A stretch of 64,000 nt of DNA. It comes from an uncultured Porphyromonadaceae bacterium (GTDB lineage Bacteria > Bacteroidota > Bacteroidia > Bacteroidales > Muribaculaceae). Within the stretch, counting starts at the first letter, position 1. Each line of letters starts with the position of its first letter. Shown here one piece after another: positions 9,519 through 20,077 of this stretch. The notes beneath the pieces were generated by a model. That model searched no databases. It was not told the origin of the DNA and saw nothing but the letters and a program-made list of their open reading frames with translations. The stretch spans positions 3,145 to 67,144 of the forward strand of contig CAMNRO010000009.1 of the NCBI GenBank assembly GCA_946553045.1, in the 5' to 3' direction. The translations under genes were made by a program, and so were the position numbers.

Positions 9519-11056
9519 TCCGCAGGAACGATTCGTTCTACAGCTGTGCGGATACGTTTCACGGTCTCATCGCGACCGATAAGGTCTGTGATGTCGAACA
9601 TGTGCGGACCCTTGCACTCGCCCACTACGGCCAGACGGAAAGCATTCATCACATTGCCCATATGATAGCCATTGCTTTCAATCCATGCCATGACTTCAGG
9701 CTCAAGGGCTGCACTGCCGAAATCGGATGTCTTTTCAAGAAGGTCTACAAGTTCGAGCATGGTTGCAGGCATCTGCTCGCTCCAGCGCTTCTTGACAGCC
9801 TTGGGATCGTATTCAGTCGGCGCTACAAAGAAGAAGCGCGCGTTGTCCCAAAGGTCGCCTACAAAGTTTATACGGCTCTTGACAAGGCCTACGGCAGAGG
9901 CGATATATTCGTCTGCAAAATCGGCTGCTTTCACGCCGTGAGCCTCAAGAACGGGTTTGAAGAGTTCGGCGAGAGCCTTGTCGTCCATAGCCTGCAGATA
10001 GGTGTGGTTAAACCACTTGGCCTTGTCGAACGCGAACTTGGCACCCGAACGCGAGCAATGTGCGAACGAGAATTTCGATATCAGTTCGTCGACACTCATC
10101 ACTTCGGTGTCGTCGCCGGGATTCCAGCCCAGAAGAGCGAGGAAGTTGACAACTGCTTCGGGCAGATAGCCGCTCTCGCGGTAACCGCGCGATGTCTCGC
10201 CGCTCTTGGGGTCGTGCCACTCAAGCGGGAAAACGGGGAAACCGAGGCGGTCGCCGTCGCGCTTGCTGAGCTTGCCCTTGCCGTCGGGCTTGAGAAGAAG
10301 AGGCAGATGCACGAATTCGGGGGCGGTATCGGCCCAGCCGAAAGCCTCATAAAGCAACACATGCAGAGGTGCCGACGGCAGCCACTCCTCGCCGCGGATT
10401 ACATGTGACACCTTCATCAGATGGTCGTCGACAATGTTGGCAAGGTGATATGTAGGCAGGTCATCGGCGCTCTTATACAGCACCTTGTCGTCAAGAATAT
10501 CGCTCTTGATAGTCACGGCGCCGCGAAGCAGGTCGTTGACAACGACATCGCGGCCCGGCTCAATCTTGAAGCGGACAACATACTGCGCGCCACTGTCGAG
10601 CAGAGCCTGAACCTCTTCGGGCGTCATCGCAAGCGAATTGCGCAGCGAGCCGCGTGTAGAGGCGTCGTACTGGAAATTAGGAATTTCGGCACGCTTGGCC
10701 TCCAGCTCGGCCGGAGTATCGAATGCGATGTAGGCGCGGCCGTTGTCGAGCAGCATTTTGACATGCTCGCGATAGATGTCGCGGCGCTCGCTCTGCTTGT
10801 AGGGGCCATAAGGGCCGCCTTCGCGCACGCCCTCGTCTATGCCAATGCCAAGCCAGGCAAGGGCTTCGTTTATATAATCTTCCGCTCCCGGCACAAAGCG
10901 CTGGGAATCGGTATCTTCGATTCGCAGAATCATCTTACCGCCATTCTGGCGAGCAAAGAGATAGTTGTAGAGAGCGGTGCGTACACCGCCGATATGAAGG
11001 GGGCCTGTAGGCGACGGAGCGAAGCGCACTCGCACTTCCCGATTTTCTGTCGACAT
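9515..11056 (-). CDS. gltX: Glutamate--tRNA ligase
   Basis: HIGH motif [14 protein letters not shown] and KMSKS-type motif GKLSKRDG. Confidence 0.95.
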   Translation of the reverse strand: MSTENREVRVRFAPSPTGPLHIGGVRTALYNYLFARQNGGKMILRIEDTDSQRFVPGAEDYINEALAWLGIGIDEGVREGGPYGPYKQSERRDIYREHVKMLLDNGRAYIAFDTPAELEAKRAEIPNFQYDASTRGSLRNSLAMTPEEVQALLDSGAQYVVRFKIEPGRDVVVNDLLRGAVTIKSDILDDKVLYKSADDLPTYHLANIVDDHLMKVSHVIRGEEWLPSAPLHVLLYEAFGWADTAPEFVHLPLLLKPDGKGKLSKRDGDRLGFPVFPLEWHDPKSGETSRGYRESGYLPEAVVNFLALLGWNPGDDTEVMSVDELISKFSFAHCSRSGAKFAFDKAKWFNHTYLQAMDDKALAELFKPVLEAHGVKAADFADEYIASAVGLVKSRINFVGDLWDNARFFFVAPTEYDPKAVKKRWSEQMPATMLELVDLLEKTSDFGSAALEPEVMAWIESNGYHMGNVMNAFRLAVVGECKGPHMFDITDLIGRDETVKRIRTAVERIVPAE

Positions 11057-11220
11057 TGCTTGAAATTAAGTCGTGGTTCGTATTATATATAAATATTCGG
11101 CAAAATTACGAAATTTCCACGTACATACAAATTTCACCAACCGGGGTTTTGCTCAAGATTCATATTTCGCTCCATTTCGACCAAAGGAATCGGCCATTGT
11201 TCATGCGAACAGGGACTCAT

Positions 11221-11248
11221 AAAATAAGAGGGTGCAGACAGCACCCTC
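11221..11248 (-). terminator. Intrinsic terminator downstream of the malic enzyme gene
   Basis: 8-bp stem gagggtgc/gcaccctc with a 5-nt loop. On the minus strand it is followed by TTATTTT. Confidence 0.6.
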
Positions 11249-11252
11249 CGGT

Positions 11253-12581
11253 TCAGCTTGCCTTGGCCGACAGATATTGCTGCATATGGACGTCGGTATC
11301 GGTCACATAGCGCTTGAGCACATTGCCATAGTGCTTTAAATCCTTTATCGGGTCTTTGGCGACACCACTCTCTGCGGCAGCCGCGGCGACAGCCGGAGGA
11401 ACCGTGGTAAGAAGACGGCGGTCGAAAGGTTTCGGCAGAATATAGTCAGGACCGAATTTCATGCTATGAACTCCGTAAAGTTCTCTCAGAGAAGCAGGCA
11501 CCGGCTCTCGGGCGAGAGCGGCGATAGCATGTGCCGCAGCCAGTTTCATGGGCTCGTTGATTTCAGTGGCACGACAGTCGAGTGCACCGCGGAATATATA
11601 CGGAAATCCGAGCACATTATTTATCTGATTGGGATAATCGCTCCTGCCGGTGGCATATACGAGGTCTGTTCTCACACCTAAAGCGACATCTCGCGCAATT
11701 TCCGGCTTAGGATTGGCGAGGGCAAACACTATCGGCCTCGCAGCCATAGAAGCAAGCATGTCGGGCGTGAGGACATCGGCCACTGATAAACCAAGGAACA
11801 CATCGGCTCCCTTCATAGCGTCGGCAAGAGTCTCGCGACCGTCAGGCTCGATGGCAAATTCGGCTTTAGAAGCATTTACGCCTGCCCTGCCCTTGTATAT
11901 CACACCCTTGCTGTCGCACATCACAATCTTGGCGCGGTCAACTCCGAGCGCTATCATAAGCCGCGTACAAGCCGTGGCAGCGGCGCCCGCTCCGTTCACC
12001 ACAAGACGTATGTCGCCGATTTCTTTCTGCTGCACAATCAGCGCATTGATAAGTGCGGCCCCGGCAATTACAGCCGTACCGTGCTGGTCATCGTGCATAA
12101 TAGGGATATCGCATTGCTCCCTGAGAGTCCTTTCAATCTCGAAGCACTCGGGCGCCTTTATATCCTCCAGATTAACTCCGCCGAAACCGGGCGTCAGGGA
12201 GCGCACTATCTCCGCAAATTTCAGAGGGTCTGTTTCATCTATCTCTATATCGAATGCATTCAGCCCTGCAAAAATCTTGAAAAGCAGCGCTTTGCCCTCC
12301 ATCACCGGCTTCGAGGCCGAAGCGCCGATATTACCGAGACCGAGCACGGCGGTGCCGTTGGAAATCACAGCTACCGTATTGCCCTTGTCTGTATATTTAT
12401 ATATATTGTCTATACTATTGGCTATTTCCAGACACGGAAAAGCTACTCCGGGCGAGTATGCCAGCGAAAGGTCCTCCGGTGTCGAAAATGGTTTTGTCGG
12501 TACTATCTCTATTTTGCCAGGTCGCGGATAGCGGTGATATGCAAGTGCTCGTGATTTATCTGAACTAAGTATTTTTTTCAT
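11253..12581 (-). CDS. NAD(P)-dependent malic enzyme (short form, no PTA domain)
   Basis: [15 protein letters not shown]..., [11 protein letters not shown] and the NAD-binding motif [12 protein letters not shown] at 12581 (MKKILSS) chosen over the longer track ORF. Confidence 0.85.
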   Translation of the reverse strand: MKKILSSDKSRALAYHRYPRPGKIEIVPTKPFSTPEDLSLAYSPGVAFPCLEIANSIDNIYKYTDKGNTVAVISNGTAVLGLGNIGASASKPVMEGKALLFKIFAGLNAFDIEIDETDPLKFAEIVRSLTPGFGGVNLEDIKAPECFEIERTLREQCDIPIMHDDQHGTAVIAGAALINALIVQQKEIGDIRLVVNGAGAAATACTRLMIALGVDRAKIVMCDSKGVIYKGRAGVNASKAEFAIEPDGRETLADAMKGADVFLGLSVADVLTPDMLASMAARPIVFALANPKPEIARDVALGVRTDLVYATGRSDYPNQINNVLGFPYIFRGALDCRATEINEPMKLAAAHAIAALAREPVPASLRELYGVHSMKFGPDYILPKPFDRRLLTTVPPAVAAAAAESGVAKDPIKDLKHYGNVLKRYVTDTDVHMQQYLSAKAS

Positions 12582-12677
12582 AATTGTAAAAAACTGTTTT
12601 TGAGTAAAAACACACTTTCGCCCCACAAGGTTTCCAAGCTTATAGAAAGAAAATTTGGTCAATACAAAGAAAAATAC

Positions 12678-12685
12678 TAATTTTG
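12678..12685 (+). promoter_or_regulatory. Bacteroidetes -7 promoter motif (TAnnTTTG) for tRNA-Leu
   Basis: TAATTTTG lies 13 nt upstream of the tRNA 5' end. Confidence 0.5.
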
Positions 12686-12698
12686 CAGTACAAAACCC

Positions 12699-12783
12699 GC
12701 GCATGTGGCGTAATTGGTAGCCGCGTTAGACTTAGGATCTAATGTCTCAGGACGTGGGGGTTCGAGTCCCTTCATGCGCACCA
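12699..12783 (+). tRNA. tRNA-Leu (anticodon TAG), type II with long variable arm, encoded CCA
   Basis: Acceptor stem GCGCATG/CATGCGC, anticodon stem-loop TTAGA-CTTAGGA-TCTAA, T arm GGGGG-TTCGAGT-CCCTT, and a 3' ACCA. Confidence 0.9.
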
Positions 12784-12787
12784 AGCA

Positions 12788-12827
12788 CCCTCTATAACTC
12801 ATTGAGCTATAGAGGGTTTGTTATTTT
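12788..12827 (+). terminator. Intrinsic terminator after tRNA-Leu
   Basis: 9-bp stem ccctctata/tatagaggg with an 11-nt loop, followed by TTTGTTATTTT. Confidence 0.7.
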
Positions 12828-13020
12828 CACAAAGCACATACAAAGCACTTTTCGCACACATATACGAAACGCCTCATACAGCCCTGCCGGACTCAGGCAG
12901 AAGCACCGCGTAAGGCGGCCCGGAGGTTGCGGGGCTATTTTACCGCCCTCTTTCGATTGAGTGTAACCGGACTCTCATTCGAATTAATCAAAAAGAAATA
13001 ACTACCAAATTATATAAGCG

Positions 13021-14508
13021 ATGTATTTATTAGGATACGACATAGGAAGCTCTTCGGTCAAGGCCGCCTTGGTCGAGGCCGAAAGCGGCCGCTGCATAGC
13101 CTCCGATTTCTTTCCGAAATCAGAAGCCCCTATCAAGGCCCTCAGAGCGGGCTGGGCAGAGCAGAATCCTGATGCGTGGTGGAGCTATCTGAAAGAAGCC
13201 ACAGCCTCGGTCCTCGCTCAATCGCATGTGAGTCCTGCCGATATAAAAGCCATAGGCATAAGCTATCAGATGCACGGCCTTGTGGCTCTCGGCGAAGACC
13301 TGAGGCCTCTCCGCGACGCCATAATATGGTGCGACAGCCGCGGCGTGCCATACGGCCGCAAGGCTTTCGACGAAATCGGCCCGGAAAAATGCCTCGGCTC
13401 CCTGCTGAACTCTCCAGGCAACTTCACCGCCGCCAAACTGGCATGGGTAAAAGAAAACGAGCCCGAACTGTTCGGCAAGATATATAAAATAATGTTGCCG
13501 GGCGATTATATCGCCTTCCGCCTCACCGGCAAAATCAGCACCAATCCCGAAGGTCTGTCGGAGTACATGCTCTGGGATTTCAAGAACGATTCTCCCGCGC
13601 GCTTCCTGATGGACTACTATGGTTTCGACAGCAATATACTCCCTGAAGTAGGCAGTACATTCTCTGACCAGGGCGCAATCACAGCCTCGGCCGCGGCCGA
13701 ACTCGGTCTCGCAGCAGGAACACCGGTGACCTACCGTGCCGGCGACCAGCCGAACAACGCCCTTTCGCTCAACGTGTTCGAGCCGGGCGAAGTGGCCTCT
13801 ACCGCCGGCACATCGGGGGTTGTCTACGGCATAAACGGCAGCGTAGACTACGATTCGCTGTCGCGCGTCAACAACTTCGCGCACGTCAACCATACCGCCG
13901 CAGCTCCCCGCATAGGCGTAATGACGTGCATAAGCGGAACAGGAATCCTCAACAGCTGGATCAAGCGCAACATAGCGCCTCAGGACATATCATATGCCGG
14001 CATGAACGAACTTGCCGCCGGTGTCGCTCCCGGCAGCGAGGGCATCTCCGTCCTCCCCTTCGGCAACGGCGCCGAGCGTGTGCTCGAAAACCGTGAGCCA
14101 GGCTGTTCGTTCCATGGAATCAACTTCAACGTCCACGACCGCCGCCACATAATCCGCGCCGCCCAGGAAGGCATTGTGTTCGCTTTCATGTATGGCATGG
14201 AGGTAATGCAGAGTATCGGAATGAAGATAGAGCGTATCCATGCCGGGCATGCCAACATGTTCCTCAGCCCCGTCTTCCGCGAGACACTGGCTTCGGTCTC
14301 CGGTGCTGTGATAGACCTTTATGACACCGACGGCGCTGTCGGCGCAGCCAAAGGCGCCGGTATCGGAGCCGGAATATATGCCTCGCCGAAAGAAGCATTC
14401 TCCACCCTTGCCAGAATCGGCCGGACAGAACCCGAAAAAGACCGCACCCCATATCTCGAAGCATATGCGCTGTGGAAACAACGTCTGAACTCCATTATCC
14501 CAAAATAA
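13021..14508 (+). CDS. xylB: Xylulokinase (FGGY carbohydrate kinase)
   Basis: FGGY N-terminus MYLLGYDIGSSSVKAAL; sits immediately upstream of xylA. Confidence 0.85.
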   Translation: MYLLGYDIGSSSVKAALVEAESGRCIASDFFPKSEAPIKALRAGWAEQNPDAWWSYLKEATASVLAQSHVSPADIKAIGISYQMHGLVALGEDLRPLRDAIIWCDSRGVPYGRKAFDEIGPEKCLGSLLNSPGNFTAAKLAWVKENEPELFGKIYKIMLPGDYIAFRLTGKISTNPEGLSEYMLWDFKNDSPARFLMDYYGFDSNILPEVGSTFSDQGAITASAAAELGLAAGTPVTYRAGDQPNNALSLNVFEPGEVASTAGTSGVVYGINGSVDYDSLSRVNNFAHVNHTAAAPRIGVMTCISGTGILNSWIKRNIAPQDISYAGMNELAAGVAPGSEGISVLPFGNGAERVLENREPGCSFHGINFNVHDRRHIIRAAQEGIVFAFMYGMEVMQSIGMKIERIHAGHANMFLSPVFRETLASVSGAVIDLYDTDGAVGAAKGAGIGAGIYASPKEAFSTLARIGRTEPEKDRTPYLEAYALWKQRLNSIIPK

Positions 14509-14529
14509 TACTCCTAAAAATATATACCA

Positions 14530-15843
14530 ATGACTAAAGAATACTTTCCCGGCATAGGGAAAATCAAATTCGAGGGCACACAGAGCTACAACCCTCTTGC
14601 ATACCGCTACTACGACGCCGACCGCGTTGTGCTCGGCAAACCGATGAAAGAATGGCTCAAATTCGCCATGGCGTGGTGGCATACACTCTGCGCCGAAGGC
14701 GGCGACCAGTTCGGCGGAACCACCAAGGCATACCCCTGGAATGAAGGCACCGACGCTGTCGAAATAGCAAAGCAGAAAGTAGACGCCGGCTTCGAATTCA
14801 TGCAGAAAATGGGTATCGAATACTTCTGTTTCCACGACGTTGACCTCGTGAGCGAAGGCTCTTCAATCGAGGAATATGAGGCCAACATGAAGGCCGTGGT
14901 CGCATACCTCAAAGAAAAAATGGCAGAAACAGGCATCAAGAACCTCTGGGGCACAGCCAACGTATTCAGCCATGCACGCTATATGAACGGCGCCGCCACA
15001 AACCCCGACTTCAACGTCGTGGCCCGCGCTGCCGTGCAGATTAAAAATGCAATCGATGCCACAATCGAACTCGGCGGCTCGAACTACGTGTTCTGGGGCG
15101 GCCGCGAAGGCTACATGAGCCTTCTCAACACCGACCAGAAGCGCGAGAAAGAGCACCTGGCCCGCATGCTCACCGCTGCCCGCGACTACGCTCGCGCCAA
15201 GGGCTTCACAGGCACATTCCTCATCGAGCCAAAGCCGATGGAACCGACCAAACACCAGTACGACGTCGATACCGAAACCGTTGTCGGATTCCTCAAGGCT
15301 CACGGTCTCGACAAGGACTTCAAGGTAAACATCGAAGTAAACCACGCCACACTTGCCGGACACACCTTCGAGCATGAACTCGCAGTCGCAGTCGACAACG
15401 GTATGCTCGGAAGCATCGACGCAAACCGCGGCGACTACCAGAACGGCTGGGACACCGACCAGTTCCCCATCGACAACTTCGAACTCACCCAGGCCATGAT
15501 GCAGATTATCCGCAACGGTGGTCTTGGAAACGGCGGCACTAACTTCGACGCCAAAACACGCCGCAACTCGACCGACCCCGAAGATATTTTCATCGCGCAC
15601 ATAGCCGGCATGGACGCCATGGCCCGCGCTCTTCTCAGCGCCGCCGAAATCCTCGAGAAATCGCCCTACTCCAAAATGCTCGCCGAGCGCTACGCAAGCT
15701 TCGACTCCGGCGAAGGAAAGGCTTTCGAAGACGGAGCCATGTCGCTCGAAGACCTCGTAAACTATGCCAAGGCTCACGGCGAACCCGCCCAGACCAGCGG
15801 TAAGCAGGAGCTCTACGAAGCTATCGTAAACATGTACGTATAA
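14530..15843 (+). CDS. xylA: Xylose isomerase
   Basis: Motifs [31 protein letters not shown] and [12 protein letters not shown]. Confidence 0.95.
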   Translation: MTKEYFPGIGKIKFEGTQSYNPLAYRYYDADRVVLGKPMKEWLKFAMAWWHTLCAEGGDQFGGTTKAYPWNEGTDAVEIAKQKVDAGFEFMQKMGIEYFCFHDVDLVSEGSSIEEYEANMKAVVAYLKEKMAETGIKNLWGTANVFSHARYMNGAATNPDFNVVARAAVQIKNAIDATIELGGSNYVFWGGREGYMSLLNTDQKREKEHLARMLTAARDYARAKGFTGTFLIEPKPMEPTKHQYDVDTETVVGFLKAHGLDKDFKVNIEVNHATLAGHTFEHELAVAVDNGMLGSIDANRGDYQNGWDTDQFPIDNFELTQAMMQIIRNGGLGNGGTNFDAKTRRNSTDPEDIFIAHIAGMDAMARALLSAAEILEKSPYSKMLAERYASFDSGEGKAFEDGAMSLEDLVNYAKAHGEPAQTSGKQELYEAIVNMYV

Positions 15844-15859
15844 AACCGGACCCATATCA

Positions 15860-15901
15860 AAGGCGGGTAAGCGACAGAAACGGCCGCTTACCCGCCTTTA
15901 T
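15860..15901 (+). terminator. Intrinsic terminator after xylA
   Basis: 14-bp stem aaggcgggtaagcg/cgcttacccgcctt with an 11-nt loop, followed by a T-rich tail. Confidence 0.65.
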
Positions 15902-15970
15902 TATATCACGCAGTTTCACACATTGCCGACACAACGCCCGAAAAAACATTGCCAAGCGTTTCCATTTTTG

Positions 15971-15978
15971 TATTTTTG
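15971..15978 (+). promoter_or_regulatory. TAnnTTTG -7 motif upstream of the GH2 gene
   Basis: TATTTTTG ends 5 nt before the ATG at 15983, which would give a near-leaderless mRNA. Confidence 0.35.
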
Positions 15979-15982
15979 CAGA

Positions 15983-18394
15983 ATGAAAACACTTATCAAT
16001 CTAATACTTCTCATATTTGCAATATCACCGGCTGCGGCAGCCGACATATGCATGAACCGGGGCTGGCATTTCGCTTATGGAGACTCCGACGGTGCCTGCC
16101 AGCCCGGATTCGACGACAGCAACTGGCAGACAGTCAACCTTCCTCACGATTTTCAAATCTATCAGCCATGGACTACCCCCGGTGCCGATGAAAAGGCCGA
16201 CACCTCAAATCAGATGGCCAACATAGCCAGCAGACTCAGTTCCCGCGGCTTCAAAGAGATGGGCATCGGCTGGTACCGCAAATCGTTTGTACCCGACGGA
16301 AGCTGGCGCGGTCGCCGCGTACTCCTCGACTTCGGAGGAATCATGCTTGTCGGCGACATATACCTCAACGGCGAACATATCGGCGGCACCGATTACGGCT
16401 ATCTCGGCTTCGAAATCGACATTACCGACAAACTTAAATTCGGCGAAGACAACATCATAGCCGTCCGCGCCGACACTGGCGCGCCCGAAAATTCGCGTTG
16501 GTACACAGGCGGAGGGCTATATCGCGATGTAAAAATAAGAATCACAGACCCCGCCCAATACTTCACCCGTCATTCGCTTGCCATTGCCACTCCGACAGTA
16601 TCGCCCGAGCACTCAACGATAACGGTCGACGCCGAACTGGCTACATTCACAAAAACCGACAGCATCGACGTCGGTATAGCTATTTCAGATTCCTACGGCA
16701 ACAATATATACAGTCGTCGTTCGCGCCATTGGAACCATCCGCGGCAGCATATACGCGAATTCCGTCTCGACAGCATTGCGCTCGACAATGTAAGCCTCTG
16801 GGATTGCGACAATCCGGCACTGTACACACTGAAAGCCACCGTCTACCGCCCCGACGGAAGCGCCGCCGACAGCGTATCGGCTCGCTTCGGCATTCGTTCG
16901 GTGGATTTTTCGCCCGAATTCGGCATGAAGCTCAACGGCCGCAAAGTGCTGCTCAAAGGTATCGCCAACCACCACACCCTCGGCGCCCTCGGCGCGGCTG
17001 CATTCCCTCGCGCCATCGAAAAGCGCATTCAGCTTCTAAAGGAGTTCGGTTTCAACCATATCCGAACCTCGCACAATCCTTATAGCGAGGAATTTCTCGA
17101 CCTCTGCGACGAATACGGCATTCTCGTCGTAGATGAACTGTACGACAAATGGACAACACAGTATGCCGGCGGTCGCTCGCCCTGGACCGAGCGCTGGCAA
17201 AAGGACATTCCCGAATGGGTGCGCCGCGACCGAAACCACCCTTCGGTTGTTTTCTGGAGCCTCGGCAATGAACTTCAGCTGATTCCCGACCTTCCGTTCA
17301 ACGACTGGGGCGTGACGCCCTACAGGCTCCAAAAAGAGCTTCTGAAACGCTATGACCGCACCGGCAGGCCCGTCACGGTAGCCATGCACCCCCGCGGACG
17401 CAACGAGCACACCGACTCTCTCCCCGCACCGCTCGCCCTCGTCACCGACATCGCTGCCTACAATTACCGCTACATGTACTTCCCGGGCGACTCACGCCGG
17501 TTCCCGCAGATGATTTTCTATCAGAGCGAGGCCAACACAAGCAATCTCGGGCCTAATTTCTTCGAAATGAATCTCGACAAAGTCGTAGGCCTCGCCTATT
17601 GGGGCATGATCGACTATTTGGGCGAATCTCACGGCTGGCCGGCCAAAGGCTGGGCTCAGGGTGTATTCGATATTTCGCTCGAACCCAAGCCAATGGCATA
17701 TTTCCTGAAAAGCTTTTTCAAACCCGAAGAACCGATTGTGCACATTGCTCCATTCGAAAACACAGGCACCACAGAGTGGAACGGAGTCGCAATGGGCGGC
17801 AAACGCTTCGCCGACAGCTGGAACTTCACCCCAGGCGACACCATCGACCTATATACCTACACCAACGCCGACGAGGTCGAACTCCGCCTCAACGGCCGCA
17901 GCCTCGGTCGCCGGATAAACGACACCGCCGATACCAAAACCCGCAACCGCATTTTATGGCAAGACATAGCCTGGGAGCCGGGCACAATCGAAGCCATCGC
18001 TTATGCCAAAGGCTCGGCAAAGCCATTGACATATCACAGTTTAAGCACCACAACAAAGGCGAAAAAGCTAATAGCCAAGCCCGACAACATGCACTGGCAA
18101 GCCGACGGCACCGACCTTCAGCACATCAGGATAACAGCCGTAGACCGCAAAGGCAATATAGACCGGAGCGCCGATGTCGCCCTCTCTTTCAGCATCGAAG
18201 GCCCTGCTGAAATCGCAGGCGTGATAAACGGCGACATCTGTAGCGAAGAACTGACAGTGGGCAACACCCGTCGCCTCTACCGTGGAGCCGCAACCATTAT
18301 ACTCCGAAGCACCGGGCAAGCGGGCACGGTAAAACTGATTATCGATTCTACCGAATTCGGTACAACCAAACTAAGCCTACAGACTGCAGAATGA
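15983..18394 (+). CDS. Glycoside hydrolase family 2 (beta-galactosidase/beta-glucuronidase-like), secreted
   Basis: Signal peptide MKTLINLILLIFAISPAAA. GH2 TIM-barrel motifs IRTSHNPYSEEFLDLCDEYGILVVDE and VVFWSLGNE. Confidence 0.8.
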   Translation: MKTLINLILLIFAISPAAAADICMNRGWHFAYGDSDGACQPGFDDSNWQTVNLPHDFQIYQPWTTPGADEKADTSNQMANIASRLSSRGFKEMGIGWYRKSFVPDGSWRGRRVLLDFGGIMLVGDIYLNGEHIGGTDYGYLGFEIDITDKLKFGEDNIIAVRADTGAPENSRWYTGGGLYRDVKIRITDPAQYFTRHSLAIATPTVSPEHSTITVDAELATFTKTDSIDVGIAISDSYGNNIYSRRSRHWNHPRQHIREFRLDSIALDNVSLWDCDNPALYTLKATVYRPDGSAADSVSARFGIRSVDFSPEFGMKLNGRKVLLKGIANHHTLGALGAAAFPRAIEKRIQLLKEFGFNHIRTSHNPYSEEFLDLCDEYGILVVDELYDKWTTQYAGGRSPWTERWQKDIPEWVRRDRNHPSVVFWSLGNELQLIPDLPFNDWGVTPYRLQKELLKRYDRTGRPVTVAMHPRGRNEHTDSLPAPLALVTDIAAYNYRYMYFPGDSRRFPQMIFYQSEANTSNLGPNFFEMNLDKVVGLAYWGMIDYLGESHGWPAKGWAQGVFDISLEPKPMAYFLKSFFKPEEPIVHIAPFENTGTTEWNGVAMGGKRFADSWNFTPGDTIDLYTYTNADEVELRLNGRSLGRRINDTADTKTRNRILWQDIAWEPGTIEAIAYAKGSAKPLTYHSLSTTTKAKKLIAKPDNMHWQADGTDLQHIRITAVDRKGNIDRSADVALSFSIEGPAEIAGVINGDICSEELTVGNTRRLYRGAATIILRSTGQAGTVKLIIDSTEFGTTKLSLQTAE

Positions 18395-18894
18395 TGAATA
18401 AACGTCGCTTCGAAACAGAATTCCGCAAACTATATCTGCCCCTCGGCATGTATGCTCTCCGCTATGTCGGCGACACCGACAGCGCCGAAGATACCGTGCA
18501 GAACGCATTTCTGAAAGCCTGGCAGGCCATCGGAAACGGAAGCGACATTGCCGATTTCAAAGCATTTATGTATCGTTGTGTGCGGAATGAATGTATTTCT
18601 TTTCTTCGCCGTCAGGAGCGATTTGTCGGCATAGAGGAAGTGCCCGAAGTTGAAGACACCGACATCGACACATCTGAGCGCGACGCCAGGATATGGCGCG
18701 CTATCGACGAACTGCCCGACCGCTGCCGCGAAGTCTTCCTGCTGAGCAAACGCGACGGTCTCTCCAACGAAGAAATTGCCGCCGAACTCGACATTTCAGT
18801 CAAAACAGTCAAAAACCAGATGACAAAGGCCTTCTCGCGCCTGCGCACCGCCCTCTCCCCCGCACACAAGCCATTCTTCCTCCCCTTACTCTGA
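18391..18894 (+). CDS. ECF-type RNA polymerase sigma-70 factor
   Basis: Region 2 (DTVQNAFLKAW) and region 4 HTH (LSNEEIAAELDISVKTVKNQMTKA). The start overlaps the GH2 stop. Confidence 0.85.
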   Translation: MMNKRRFETEFRKLYLPLGMYALRYVGDTDSAEDTVQNAFLKAWQAIGNGSDIADFKAFMYRCVRNECISFLRRQERFVGIEEVPEVEDTDIDTSERDARIWRAIDELPDRCREVFLLSKRDGLSNEEIAAELDISVKTVKNQMTKAFSRLRTALSPAHKPFFLPLL

Positions 18895-18927
18895 GAGAAG
18901 ATGTGTCATAATACATTTTATTACACA

Positions 18928-18960
18928 CAGCAGGGGCCCGCCGAACGCGCGCCCCTGCTG
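18928..18960. terminator. GC-rich hairpin between the convergent sigma gene and the repeat-protein gene
   Basis: 10-bp stem cagcaggggc/gcccctgctg with a 13-nt loop. There is no clear U-tract on either strand. Confidence 0.45.
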
Positions 18961-18993
18961 ACTTAAAAAGCTAAATTATGACACGCCGCCCAA

Positions 18994-19944
18994 TCAGTTT
19001 CCGAAACTGAGGGTGGTGACGTAACCCGGCGAGCCGTAGCCGTCATACTGCGAGGCGAACGACAGGCGGATAAACTGGTTTCCTGATCCCCACCATGTGG
19101 CCTCCATACCGCCGGAGACATTCTGTACGCTCACCGGCGCTCCATATGCGCTTACGAGCGAAGCATAGGTGCTGTTATAGCGGCTCATATCGTAGTATGA
19201 GGTCGGATACATGAATCGCGAACCGCACAGACCGCCGCGATTATTATAGAACATCAGGGCTTCGGGCCACATCATGTTGAGCATGGGCACATTATTGACA
19301 AATATCGTATTATTGTCATAGGCGCTCACGGTATATCCGTTATTCACCAAAGCATTTATCGACAGATTGATGGTCGTGCCGAGAGCAATGCCGAGAATAG
19401 AGCGGAACGGACGCCAGTGGTGCGACGGACGCCATTTTGGAGGCGGAGCCGGACGAAACCAGCCATGATGCGGAGGCATAGGCTTCATGTGGCCGTGGTG
19501 ATGCCCGGGGTGATGAGCGGCATGCGGCGGACGCGGCGGCTTATGGTCCGGACGATGATGGTTACCACCGATATGACCAGGCCGGTTGTTACCGGGGCGA
19601 TGATTGTCGGGGCGACTGTTGCCCGGTCTGTTGTTATCAGGTCTATGGTTGCCAGGGCGGCCATTGTCGGGGCGGCTGTTGCCCGGTCTGTTGTTATCAG
19701 GTCTATGATTGCCCGGGCGGCCATTGTCGGGACGGCTCTGCGGCGGACGCTGTGGTGTAGCAGGGCGGCTGTGACCGCCGCCGTTGCCATGCGATGGCCT
19801 GCCGTTATTGCCAGGCCGCGAGGCCGGCTGAGTCTTTTGTGGCTGTTCGCGCCCGCGCTCGTTGCGTCCGCGGGCTTCGGCTACGGGGCACATCATGGCT
19901 CCGCAAAGAAGCAAAATACCTGCACATCTGATTATTCTTTTCAT
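18994..19944 (-). CDS. Secreted hypothetical protein with Arg/Pro/Asn/Gly decapeptide repeats, a His-rich tract and a C-terminal globular domain
   Basis: Signal peptide MKRIIRCAGILLLCGAMMCPVAEA, six or more copies of RPDN(G/N)RPGN(H/S), then HAAHHPGHHHGHMKPMPPHHGW and a non-repetitive tail of about 150 aa. ATG at 19944 chosen. Confidence 0.6.
   Translation of the reverse strand: MKRIIRCAGILLLCGAMMCPVAEARGRNERGREQPQKTQPASRPGNNGRPSHGNGGGHSRPATPQRPPQSRPDNGRPGNHRPDNNRPGNSRPDNGRPGNHRPDNNRPGNSRPDNHRPGNNRPGHIGGNHHRPDHKPPRPPHAAHHPGHHHGHMKPMPPHHGWFRPAPPPKWRPSHHWRPFRSILGIALGTTINLSINALVNNGYTVSAYDNNTIFVNNVPMLNMMWPEALMFYNNRGGLCGSRFMYPTSYYDMSRYNSTYASLVSAYGAPVSVQNVSGGMEATWWGSGNQFIRLSFASQYDGYGSPGYVTTLSFGN
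19588..19737. repeat. Tandem coding repeat (60-bp unit made of two 30-bp sub-units)
   Basis: 19618..19677 and 19678..19737 are identical at 57 of 60 positions. A partial copy precedes them. Confidence 0.85.
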
Positions 19945-20077
19945 AAGCGTAGTGTTTATTTTCTTTGATTGCCAAACTGACATAAGGTTTAGAAATCTTT
20001 TAAAAAATTTTTTTTCGGACAGAATAGGACTTTTCAGACACACCTGCGTCTATAGGGTAAATCAATCACAAAAAGCA

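Noticed and set aside
12742-12960. A 72-aa ORF starting inside tRNA-Leu.
   Set aside because: It overlaps the tRNA and its terminator, and it has neither a promoter motif nor a start context.
12699-13020. tRNA-Leu considered as an integration site for a genomic island.
   Set aside because: There is no integrase, no duplicated tRNA 3' end, and no compositional shift next to the tRNA. The flanking genes (malic enzyme, xylB) are housekeeping or catabolic genes.
15923-15982. N-terminal extensions in the ORF track (15923, 19862, 23311, 38231, 12704, 1942, 6566).
   Set aside because: In each case an internal ATG immediately precedes a signal peptide, lipobox or conserved N-terminus. The extended part overlaps upstream genes or terminators, or starts at a non-ATG codon.
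19417-19968. A 183-aa plus-strand ORF inside the decapeptide-repeat gene.
   Set aside because: It is the antisense reading of the tandem repeat. The minus frame has a signal peptide and a non-repetitive C-terminal domain, so it is the more plausible gene. Neither frame can be proven from sequence alone.
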